Shown here: piece after piece, positions 1 to 12,438 of the stretch
Numbering within the stretch: the first letter of the stretch is position 1
Layout: the number at the start of each line of letters is the position of its first letter
Assembly (NCBI RefSeq): GCF_006345805.1
Contig: NC_043007.1
Span: forward strand, 30,318,001-30,382,000
Reading direction: 5' to 3'
DNA: 64,000 nucleotides
From: Octopus sinensis
Taxonomy: Eukaryota
Notes under the pieces: model-generated
The model's database searches: none
The model's input: only the letters and a program-made list of their open reading frames with translations
Told to the model about the DNA's origin: nothing
Program-made: the position numbers and the translations under genes

Positions 1-396
1 TCGGCCATTTCCAGTGTAAAAGACACGACAATACGCCTGATGCCTTTTCAATCCCGTCAGGGGAGAAGTATTCCATCCACCCAAAGAGAAACACTGGCAT
101 TTTTGCATCTCTGTGGAAATAACAACACATTGAATGATGTATATGTCGGAATAAAACGGCGAATGTTGACGAGAGGAACGCCTTCGGACATAATTCGGCT
201 GGATCAGAGTGATTAGGCGTTAAACAACGAAGTTGAAGAAAAACAGTCCTGAACAAAAGGTGTTACAATAAATACACAACAACAACAACGAGAATGACGA
301 GTAAACGATGGGGCCCCTATATGGTCGTTCAAACTGCTAGAAATAGCAGCCATATCTCTCTCAAACAAGACCCTCCCATCATGTAAATGACGCAGT

Positions 397-432
397 GGCG
401 GTACGCAGAGCTGCGGCGGTAAGCAGAGCTAC
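397..432. repeat. 18-bp tandem duplication
   Basis: ggcggtacgcagagctgc / ggcggtaagcagagctac, immediately before (TAG)n. Confidence 0.8.
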
Positions 433-435
433 GGC

Positions 436-436
436 T

Positions 437-489
<53 letters not shown>
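436..489. repeat. (TAG)n microsatellite
   Basis: Directly visible. Confidence 0.97.
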
Positions 490-490
<1 letters not shown>

Positions 491-845
491 ATGAAATATG
501 AAGAACAAAAAATGATTCGGTGAAGGAGAGAAAGCAGGTATCATGCAGTTGTTTAAAGAAATCGAATGACCAGAACGACAGAATGTAAAAATGACAGATT
601 GACAGAAAAGGATTAACACTGATAAAAGAACGGCAGAAGAATATTATTGCCAATAAATTCGTAAAAAACGATTGGATGAGCGAAATATTTTCTGGCTTTA
701 TTAGTTGTCAAAAGAATTCAGAAAGAAAAGGAATCGTGTTTATTTACAGCTGCTATGAAGGAGATTAATGGTGGCATTGAACTAACAACAAACAGTGACT
801 TTCAGAGAAATGAAAACCATAATTCTTTGATACAGTACAGTACAG

Positions 846-942
<97 letters not shown>

Positions 943-1020
943 GTGTTCGTGTGCTTGTTTGAGTCTGTGTCTATCTATTTATCTATCTATCTATCTATCT
1001 ATTCACTTAACTATCTACCT
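846..1020. repeat. (CTAT)n microsatellite, interrupted
   Basis: Directly visible. Confidence 0.95.
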
Positions 1021-1320
1021 CTGTATTTACATTAGTAGATTATACCAAAAGCCTATATATAAAACAAATCCATTCATATTGATTGAGCAGACACAACCCC
1101 CATCAGAAGTGCTCATACAACGCATAATCTATCTTATACGACAAGAACTTACTGCACCAAGTTATCGGACAGCACAAACAATTAATTAAAAAAAAAGTTA
1201 ATAAAGCAAAACACAATATGTATTGCACTTAAACAGAAACTCGCCGTTAGGATACAGAGGTGCCAGAAAGAAAATGATTCGCATAACGAGAAAACAGAAA
1301 GCTAACGAACTTCTAGCTGT

Positions 1321-1575
1321 GAATGTAATATAGAAATTGCAATTCAAACATGAAACTTATAAAGTTCACGAAAGAAACTGCTATACTGGGCATACGTATA
1401 CAACACTCTCCCGCCGTTTGACCATGCGTTTACAAGGAAATATCCCAGCACCGTACAAGAGGGCGAAGAATAATAACGACCATAAAGCGTTTTTGCTGGG
1501 ACTATTATGTCTTTGCTTCTAAACATATATCTTGGATAACGTTAAACGACTTGCCATTACATTTTTAGTGCTTTA
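1321..1575 (+). mobile_element. Penelope-like element GIY-YIG endonuclease remnant
   Basis: Frame reads NVI*K...CYTGHTYTTLSRRLTMRLQG and later DNVKRLAITFL; resembles the PLE consensus NVIYxF..YIGxTxTTLSRRLTMH...rL.ilE. Contains stops. Confidence 0.65.
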
Positions 1576-2139
1576 GGTGTTGTTCGAGAGGGGATTTCTG
1601 ATATTAGTAGCATTCAGAGATATGTAGTGGCTCTCACATTAGCTGGAATAACAATTAATTATACGATAATTCTTGGCTGGAGGAAACGTACGTTGTTAAA
1701 TCATTTCAATAGCGGAAATATTACTAAACTGGGATGTACAAACATAGCTTGATAGCATTGGTTTAGTGTTGGACATAAAACAGGGCTGAGCGCATTTGTT
1801 TGTAAAGAAACACACAAATGCATACAAAGAAACACGCATACATGTATATGAATAAGAGTATGTACTGTCTACGTATGTATGTACAACATAAAAGTATGTG
1901 CCATTCTGTGTGTGTCTTCCATTAAAGCCAAACGTAAATAAAAACGTTGTTTAATGCCACTTATTATGTAAAGGTAGAAAGATCTTCTCTGCGGGATTTC
2001 AAACCAACCAATAGCTGAAGGCTAACTTGTACACATATGGACAAAAATTGTGACACACACACGCACACATACAGACACACACCTGACTTGTCTGTGAGTG
2101 CTATTTCTCTATATGTGAGTATATGCACGTGAGTGCATG

Positions 2140-2231
<92 letters not shown>

Positions 2232-2382
2232 ATAGACATACACACATCTATAGTGAGATAGGTAGATAGATATATAGAATCATAATTGGACACATTGCAT
2301 ACACATTCCTTTTAACATACACACACACAAGCATGTTTGTACATATCTATATATATATTATATATACACATATCTACATACG

Positions 2383-2424
<42 letters not shown>

Positions 2425-2776
2425 CATATATATACATATATATAACTATGTACGTATGTGTGTGTGTGTGTGTATGGATATATAAACGCATACGGTTTTC
2501 ATAACTTCTACGTATGACATTTCTTAATTGAGCAACTTCAAGCATTTTCTTTAAAAAATATTTTTCTGTCGAAGCTTTTCTAATTCTTCCAGATTCCTAT
2601 GACGGTGATAAGGATGAAATTATTCCTGTTTATTCTTGTATCACAACAAGTTCCGAACGGGTCGAAAAGGCGGCGGCGAAATACGTAAAGCGAAACGGAA
2701 ACATAATTTTTTTTCCGTACAGCATTTGCGCGTTTCTATAGACACATACATACAGAGTGCAACACGCACGCACGCG

Positions 2777-2808
<32 letters not shown>

Positions 2809-3012
2809 CACACACACACATACATATATACATACATACATACATATATATATATACAGAGAGAGAGAGAGAGAGATATGCAGACGTATACATGTTTATC
2901 TATGTATCTACCCATCTATCTCTACGCACACACATGAGCGTATATGTTATTTGATGTTCGCTATGTTTTACGTTTTTAATTTCATCTACCACTTCCATAC
3001 ACATACCCCCCC

Positions 3013-3055
<43 letters not shown>

Positions 3056-3530
3056 TGTGCGTGTGTATACGTGTGTGGATGTCTTAATATCTGTTTGAGC
3101 ATTTTTGTTGAAAATATATCTGTAGACCTGACTGAATTGCATCAGGGTGCATATTACATGCATAGATACATACGTGTGTGTGCGTGTGCTTTGTGATAGA
3201 GACATGCGCAGCTGCATGCCTACACTGAAACTCACGTGAAAGCAATAAATGCTAAACGTAAAATGTACGGCATGTCTTACGTGAAGACATGACGTCAGCA
3301 AGTTCTCATATTCATGATATTGGGATTATTGTAAGCTAACTAAATCCTTCGCATATTTACTGACGGTGCCACCAATATCTAGAGGCCCGAAGCTGCGTAT
3401 CTACATCGTCATAGCACGTCCCTGGGACTTAATTCAGCGGTCTCTTTTGACGAGCTGCTAGCTTACGGGAACATTGATACACGAGCAACGGTTTTCAAAC
3501 AATGGTGGGCAACAAACAGACACACACACA

Positions 3531-3561
<31 letters not shown>

Positions 3562-3773
3562 CCAACACACACAAGAATTATATCCTGCAATCAACAGACA
3601 CAATTCCAGACAAAAGAAAAATCATCATTGTTCCCGTTACGACCTACATTCATGCTTCCATCACAAAAACATGCAGCTTCTTTGGTCCTCTTCTTTCTTT
3701 TTAAAATTGTCTCTTTCAAACATACGTTGAAATCAACGGGAGCGACCATCATATATATATATATATATTATAT

Positions 3774-3807
<34 letters not shown>

Positions 3808-3820
3808 CATACATATATAC

Positions 3821-4290
3821 ACATATAAAAGTAAATAAATGGTACAACGAAGTACCGATATTTACTGGAAAATAGCGATCGTAATAAATACGACGCTACT
3901 GTATAGCTTCAATGCGTATGTACTAGCAAAGACGTGTGTGTGCAACAAACATGAAAAAAATTTGTCTTACCTCTAGGAAGAACATCTGAAAAATGAAAAA
4001 CCTAGAAACGGATAATGCAGGACCGGTTTCAGACTCTTCAAATACGTTTGACAACGTAGATTTGATTTGTCTTCATCAGCTGCATATACCTAGACAAAAT
4101 TTCAAATGTTGCCACATCTATGCCAGTACACTCGTCTGAACGCCAAAACGTTAACAGAACGAGAACAGTGAAGAAGTTTCAATGAAAATAGTAAATCAAT
4201 ACGAAAGTATTGCTTTCCAGTAAAAGATAGCCCGTAAGGGTAAAATTATACATATAAAAGTAAATAAATGGTACAACGAAGTACCGATAT
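3821..4290 (-). mobile_element. Retrozyme-like / Penelope pLTR-like unit (429-bp period, 41-bp terminal direct repeat) carrying the hammerhead
   Basis: acatataaaagtaaataaatggtacaacgaagtaccgatat is identical at 3821-3861 and 4250-4290; no ORF; flanked by (TA)n and (TACA)n. Confidence 0.6.
4011..4090 (-). ncRNA. Type I hammerhead ribozyme (complete core, long stem II, palindromic minimal stem III, GUC cleavage site)
   Basis: Minus strand reads GGUAU AUGCAG CUGAUGA AGAC AAA UCAAA UC UACGUU GUCA AACGUA UUUGA AGA GUCU GAAAC CG GUC CUGCAU UAUC. Stem I AUGCAG/CUGCAU, core CUGAUGA...GAAA, stem II AGAC/GUCU + UCAAA/UUUGA + UACGUU/AACGUA, stem III ACCGGU. Confidence 0.88.
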
Positions 4291-4358
4291 ATACATACAT
4301 ACATACATACATACATACATACATACATACATACATACATACATACATACATACATAC
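4290..4358. repeat. (TACA)n microsatellite
   Basis: Directly visible. Confidence 0.97.
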
Positions 4359-4495
4359 AATGGGCTTCTTTCAGTTTCTGTCTATCAGATCCACTCACAA
4401 GGCTTTAGTTTGCTCCTGGCCATAGTAGAAGTAACTTGCCAAAAATACCACGGGTTTGGACGCAAAGTTCTGGCTCCACAGCCACTCCTGCGCCT
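4359..4495 (-). mobile_element. tRNA-derived SINE family B, 5' part
   Basis: Reverse complement aggcgcaggagtggctgtgg...gtgagtggatctgatagacagaaactgaaagaagccc matches the full copy at 33641. Confidence 0.85.
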
Positions 4496-6911
4496 ATTTG
4501 TCTAACAATGTCAGACTCTACTTAAATGCCCGTCAGAATAATCTAACAAATACCGTTGTTGTTATTGCTTAACCCTGGTTAATCCTGATTAATCCCGTAT
4601 AAGATCAACAACTTGCTTCAGTAATGACCGCTCCATCCTTATTTAGAAAACAAAAAGATCCATCTAGAACACGAGAATATAAAATTGTATTTCATTTTCT
4701 CAGGACGGAAAGTGGCGCTATTTGAGATTTAATTAAGGTTTACAACCGGTTGAAGTGCCATGGGCAGGACACCTTCACCTGGTCCAGTAAGAACCATGTT
4801 TAGATACTCCAAGACGAACAAATGGCAAGTGAAACCTCAATGTTCCTTCGTTTGAAGAAACACCAATCTCAGTAAATCATTGCATATCGGAAATAACCCT
4901 GTTTTGTGATCGATGGCTGTAATTATACAATATTGATTTAGTTGTAGGCTATAAGTAAATACCGATATAGGGAAGACTGTGTGTTTGACAAGTTGCTTCG
5001 TAAGCACGTGGTTTTGGAGTCAGTGCCATAGCGCGGCGCCTTGGGCTAGTGCTTTCAAATATAACCGCGACCTTATCAATTCCTTGTGAGTAAATAATTA
5101 ATAACTACAAAACCCGTCGCACACACACACATACATCTATATTTTTATATACCACTTTCGAAGTTGAGCAATTTTGATTCATAAAACTTTCATTGACAAC
5201 TTGTCTATTATTCCTGAGAAATCTCTCCGATGATCACAACATGGGAATCATTTATTGTTGAGAGTGAACATGAATTTGAATTAGAGGAAAGAGCAAATTA
5301 AAATCGATTTTATACATTTACAATTATTTTACATATGTGTCTGTGTCTGTCTGTCTATCTATCTATCTATCTATCTATCTATTATTTTATTCTCTTATCC
5401 GTTTTTGCCTGAAGGCTGCAGCCATGCTGTGCAGCTGTAGCATCGTCAGTGTGTACACATTTTCAATGGCCAATCTTATGTGATTGGCTTTTGTTGAAGG
5501 AGGGAGTTCGAAGCAGCTGCCCTCGTTTGAGTCTCCTCCCGTGATATAGATTAATGTGGGACCTTGGATAGCAGGGGGTCAAATTGTTTCTTAAAAATAA
5601 ATTCAACATGGAGCTTGTGTTAGAATCTAGAATATTACGCTATTTACCTTTAGAAAATCTCTCATAAGGACTCGTGGTGCAATAAAAGACATACGTAATT
5701 ATATGGCTGGCAGACGAGAATTTACTACGGCCGTTCCGACTGCCTGATCACATCATTTCACCTAGCTGTGGGATGCACAGTGACACTTGCCCAGCAGCGA
5801 GATTCTCGTTTGTCAACGATATAAATACGTGTGCTTTTATGCACAACGGAGATATTCTTTTAAGGGAAATAACGCAGTATTCTGTGTCCTATGTCACGAT
5901 GTTCTCTTATATATTTCATGAAATATTGATGATATTTACTGCTGTGACAGAACTTATTCAACACAGAAGACATTTAAATTGCGTGAAGCATCAATATTGT
6001 ATTACCTCTTGTAACTTAATAGTTTATTATCGCGAGTGTATATAAGCTAAGTATGTAATTGGGTAAATTTGAATTTCTCATATTTATTTTCTGGCTGACG
6101 CCGATCTCATTTGTGTCTTAAATAATGCAATAAGTTTGCAGAAATACCATTGTGTCCCATAAATATTTATTTTAATAGTAACAGATTGCATTGCTACTTT
6201 TAAAATTCGCTTAGTCTTGAGAATATTTTATTAATTGTGTATCGCTATGGATTCCGAGTGTATGAATAGAAGTAGTCGATTGTGTATACGCATACATGTA
6301 TGATATATATATATATATACATATATAAAGGATATATATTCACATATATATACACGTGTAAATGTAGAATTTATATTTATTACACACACACATGTATATA
6401 GTACATATGAACAAATTTTACATCTACGTGTGTATATGTGTGCATATATACCTTATATATATGTATATATATATATATATATATAGTGTGTGTGTGTGTG
6501 TGATGTGAATTTAGGGAAATGAATCCCATAAACCTCAACAAATTTGTTATAAATGGAGAAGAGAAAGTATTTAAAGTTTAAGAGAATTTTTATTCATGCA
6601 GACGATCATTCCGAACAGCGATATTAAAATCATGCAAATTCATGGTTGAATGGAAGTAATTAATTTAGTTTAATTTAATTTAATTATATATCAATGTTCT
6701 CCACAGTGCAAGAAGTATAAACAGAAAAATATTATAAAGGACTTGATAAAGGAAATAGCAGAGAATGATTTCGGATATTCACATTTTTGCTTATGAGAAA
6801 AGAAGAAATGTGAGTCTGGTTAGGTATAAACGAAAACTAAGGCAACTAACGGTTATTTGAAAATATAAGTGAAAAAGGTTTTAGGAAACGTTCCCTCTAT
6901 AGAAGATAAGT

Positions 6912-6956
<45 letters not shown>

Positions 6957-6996
6957 GTGGTACAACAAAGCACAAATGTTTACTGGAAATACCAGT

Positions 6997-7034
<38 letters not shown>

Positions 7035-7168
7035 GTACATGCATACATACATATCTATATCAATATTAAATTGCTTGTTTTTTAGTTCTTTTAGATATCA
7101 AAGAATATTGTGTGTATATGGTCACTCTCCAGACACGTATTTATACACACTTGCCCTCCGCCTCCGCA

Positions 7169-7264
<96 letters not shown>

Positions 7265-7453
7265 TGTATATATATAAATTATATTAGAGATAAAACCACC
7301 ATTAGGCAAATCAAACAGTGAAAAACATAAACCAATACATAAAAATATATATAATTAATATAATATACAAAATATATAAAATTTAAAATTTGAATTATTT
7401 TAATTTCCCTGTAATTTTGGATTTACTCCCTAATATTATTATCATTATTATTA

Positions 7454-7494
<41 letters not shown>

Positions 7495-7689
7495 ATATAT
7501 ATATATATGTAGCATCTATTGCCATTAATAGCCGACGAGAATGCATCGTACCTCTTCGCACCGAACTCAGAGTACTATAATGACAACTCAGTGCTTGTCC
7601 TAAATTGTACATATACAAATGATCCTCTATTTACCTAATATTGAGGTCTCATTCTTTTGTTGTCGCTTTTTATAATAATAATAATAATC

Positions 7690-7757
<68 letters not shown>

Positions 7758-9699
7758 GATATGCATACATTTTTATGCACATTCATTGAAAAATACGGAT
7801 ATAATTAATTGATTAGTTAATTAAGAGAAGCAGTTCACATAATCTGAATAGAAATTTCAGGAGAGCTTAGAAACATCGGTTTCTATAAAACTCCTGTTGT
7901 GTGTATTCCTGACACCAGACGATCTCTCGGTTAGCAGCGATTAAAGAGCTTGCGTATTCTCTACATACTGTGCGTTTACTTTGCATATCTAGTACACACT
8001 CTAAATAGCTGGTATATAATCTATACAGCTTGTGTATATTCTAAATAGAATGTATAAGCTCCTGTACTCTCGGAGTACAGAAAAGCAGTACCGGATTTGT
8101 GGTCAAACTAAATCGTTTAATATCTTTCTCTTTACTGTAAGAAAAGTTTGTGGTGTTTTCAGCTGTTAAAGATGGTTTTTTTTAATATTTTAATCGAGAG
8201 TAAGGATGACGGTAGTACTCATAGTTCGAAACTTGAGGTAGGAAAGTTGAAGGGATCCCCAAACTGGGGACCTGACCCCAGTTTCTGGTATAGAGTGGCT
8301 TCTATTAGACGCATCTATGGTTCCACTAGGTAAAAACCGGGTGGTGGATTAGATTTCATGTAGCTTAGGGTGACATTTGTACTCAGAGCGCAAACATCGC
8401 CGTAAAATACCACAAATTTTACAATCCACCATCCTGGATTGCTATTTGAACTCGGAACGCAGTGACAATGAACAAGTGCTGCAAGATATTCTATACAATC
8501 CTCCAAAGACCACATTCTTATAAGATTCTCTCTCTATCTCTTTACACACACACACACACACACACATACACACACAGATGTAAATGAATAGAATGTGGAT
8601 TCAGAGAATCGTGTCACAGCAAGCTCTTCTTAAGGACTCGGCTATCAGTCCACATAAAAATCAATTACAATGTAATATAAAGTGTCCTCGCAACTGACAA
8701 TCTAGAAGATACCAGCGATAGAATTATTTTGTGTGGATTATGTAAAATCAAAAAGTCAGGATCGATCTATGATAGGTGAATGTATGTTTATTCATGTTTG
8801 CACATTAATGCAAACATGTAAACATAATTTCTTGTACAATGATATTAATGCTACATGAAGCATCCTAAAGAAGTCACGTGGTTGAAGAAATATATATACC
8901 TCTCATACCTCCTGACTTTATATTTGCACACACACACACACGTATACACATATATACGCGCACATGCATTCCCCACATATATATCAAATTTCGAAGTCAC
9001 TATCGCTCCTCTTAACTAATCCTGCAGTTTGTTACTAAACTGTTTTCTTTTTTGTATATAACTTAGCATAAAGACAAACATGAATCTATTTATATATAAA
9101 TATGTATGCTCCATCATGGCCGCAGCCTGATGACTGAAACAAGTGAAATAAGATTATTTAATTCAAGTTAGTCACAATTTGTTCTAAGAATTTCCAGCTT
9201 TGCTTAAATATCAAGTTTTCAAAATTTGCATTCATAAAACTGTTGACTTCTTCTCGCGTCGCCATTCTATGATAAAAGTTCCGTTCGTTTTAATTAGGTG
9301 TTCGTCTTAGTAGACTTGAGTGCTTTTCGAGCGACTCTAAGTTCTAAAGTTAAACTTAAATTATGGAAAACGTAATTTCCTTCACGTGATTAAATGAACA
9401 CGTGATGACGTAATTCTTGGACCATAAACTAACCCAATTACAGAGTGTCGCTGCCCCTATTAATGTTGTTACTGCTAAGATCCTCGGAATCTGCTGATGG
9501 CGTGACCTAACGCTAATTCATTTCTATATATGTGTGACTTCGCAAGTTCTTTTTATAGCTTTTTGCTGTTCAAGTTGGACATATGTCGACAGTGAAAATT
9601 CCCAACATTGTTTGTTATTTATGGTGCATAGAAAAGATGCGCCAATGGGGAGATTGTGGCCTGCGTCACGTGTCTCAAATATATGAAGCATACAGACGA

Positions 9700-10430
9700 T
9701 AGGCAAAATAATGGAAACACCATTTTTTGTTTAACTGTTTTAGTCTGTATAGATGCGCTCATCTGCCTTGTATTCCATGATATAAATCTCTGCTTTACTA
9801 GTTTTTGAAGATATCCATATTTGAATAAGTTGGCTGGAGTATTGGTCACTAAAACTCCTGAATTATTTAATATTTCGAGAAGTATATTCTCTAAGATCAT
9901 GCTGGATTCCAAAACGAAGGTAAAATTATCTCAGATATGCATGATTCTGAATGGTACAGAAAACTCACAGACAGGAACGGCAGAAGAGTGAAACGGATTG
10001 CGTCTAAAAACCATTGAACCACGGCAGAAAAAGTGACAGAAGGGTTAAACCACCACATTGTTAATGCTGTGTCAAACAAAAACCGTTCGTCAGGAACTCC
10101 GCAAAGCTTGATATCACGAGAGGCTGCAATTGTTAAACCTTTGAAGTCTCCTATCAACATTAATAAGCGGAGAAATGATGTTTAGACAATAAGAAGTGGT
10201 CACGCTCCAATGGAAATAGGCCATCTTCTCTGATAAATCATCATTTCACAGTTAAGGGTGAGTTTATCCCTGGAGGCAGCTAAAGAAGCCTCAAGTTTGG
10301 CCTCAACTAAGAAGCAAGGAGATGACTTTATGATAATTTGAGCTGCAATATCATGTGGCAACAGAAAACAATCGAAAAATAACCAAACAGAAGAAGCTTT
10401 GCTTTTGACCTGGCGACTGATTGATTGCAT
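9700..10430 (+). mobile_element. Tc1/mariner transposase remnant
   Basis: Across frameshifts from 9958: RKLTDRNGRRVKRIASKNH*TTAEKVTEGLNHH..VS..TVRQELRKA..AAIVKPL..N..KRR..W..QWK*AIFSDKSSF..MIIxAAIS. This is the Tc1 HTH region and the first catalytic FSDESxF motif. Confidence 0.8.
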
Positions 10431-10715
10431 GGGGTTAAATATCTGATACTTAATTCCCTAATCATTTAGAAGCACATATGGGTATATATATGTATAAATA
10501 TATACGCATAAACTCATTAAATGTGTGTGCGAACGTGCGTGTGTGTGTGTGTGCGCACATATTGTCCGTATTAGCACTTTGATTTGAACTGAAGTGAAGA
10601 TATTTTTACTTCACCACTCGTATATTAATCACACTGATAACGTTTCTACTTGTGTGACGATAGTCTGACGTTAAGTAGGTATTCCATTAATTCAAGCTAT
10701 CCGTCTTAAGACACA

Positions 10716-10758
<43 letters not shown>

Positions 10759-11033
10759 CTCTCTTGGTATTCTTACTTGTCTCTTATACATAATAACTAC
10801 TTCTACGTCACTTCCCTAATGATACACTCCCCCCCATTTATATATATATATACACACACATACATATACATACGTGTGTGCGTGTGTAGTGTTTTTTTTT
10901 AGTCAGTCAGAAACTACATCTCCAACTTTGTCACATTTTCATTTTCCACACAACTCTCACTTTAACTTTTCCTCTGATTACACACACACACACACATGCA
11001 CAATCACATACACACACACATATTTGTGTGTGC

Positions 11034-11065
<32 letters not shown>

Positions 11066-11845
11066 TTCAACAATTGAGGGTAAAATTAATTAATTATTAA
11101 TCAATTTCACCAAGTATTCAGTATGCAAAGGGACCATTTAAGGCGAATTCAAATTATTACATTATATAAAAGGGCTTAGTAAAATAAATTCTGAGTTCTG
11201 AGCTGATGATAGAAATGTCGAGTTGACTAATCTTGAAACGTACGTTCTCAAATAACCTTTGCATTTGATTTTTTAATGTATTTACCCCCATACTTTCGTG
11301 AGTTGAATTGAGCAAACACTATATGAGAGAGGTTTTCTTTAAGTATTAGAAATAGTTTTAAAAAAGTTTTTTAGCTACTATTTCTAATGAGTTCAGTATG
11401 CGGCAAAGTAATTTATTTTACTAAGCCCTTTTATATAATGTAATATATATATATATATATATACACACACACGCATGTAACTGTTTGCTGACTGGGGTTA
11501 AGTGGTGTGCTGTTGCTAAAGTTTCACTTTTACACGCTGCTCGTTCAGACAGCAGTTTGACGGAGTGTGATGGAGTGATGTTCTCTTCCAAAATGTAAAC
11601 GCGAAAGCTAAATGTAGCAGACAGCTTTGACAGAATAAACGCGCCACATTATGTTATAAACAAACAACAATGTGTGTGTGTGTGTGTGTGCGTGTGTAGC
11701 TAAACGAAAGGACAAATGAATTCAGATAGATAGAGAGAGAGAGTGAACTTAGGTACATACATACATAAGCTGATAAATGACATTTTTGGAACTGCAGCCC
11801 ATAGAATAAGCTATAAATAGTTTATGTATTTTTGATCTTAGTAGC

Positions 11846-11847
11846 GC

Positions 11848-11882
<35 letters not shown>

Positions 11883-11893
11883 CTCTCTCTATC

Positions 11894-11939
<46 letters not shown>

Positions 11940-11957
11940 GCTCTCTCTCTCTCTCTT

Positions 11958-12000
<43 letters not shown>

Positions 12001-12078
12001 GCGTGTGAGTGGTATTTTCTGTCTGAGCTGCGCCCCACTCTATCTTTCTCTTTCTCTCACTCCCCTTCTTGTTCTCTT

Positions 12079-12109
<31 letters not shown>

Positions 12110-12133
12110 CCTTACATATACATATTCGTGTGT

Positions 12134-12192
<59 letters not shown>

Positions 12193-12403
12193 GTATGTAC
12201 ATATATATATATGTATATATAAATGTATGTACATCTATATATATGTATATATATATAAATGTATGTACATCTATATATATGTATATATATATATAAATGT
12301 ATGTACATCTATATATATGTATATATATATATAAATGTATGTACATATATATATATATGTATATATATATAAATGTATGTACATATATATAAATGTATGT
12401 ATG

Positions 12404-12420
<17 letters not shown>
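11846..12420. repeat. Compound (CTAT)/(CT)/(TA) microsatellites and ~24-28 bp TA-rich minisatellite (atataaatgtatgtacat)
   Basis: Directly visible tandem units. Confidence 0.9.

Positions 12421-12438
<18 letters not shown>

Noticed and set aside
9121-9150. CTGATGA-CT-GAAAC-AA-GT
   Set aside because: A mutated SINE B tail (normally caaatgactgaaacaagt); no stem II.
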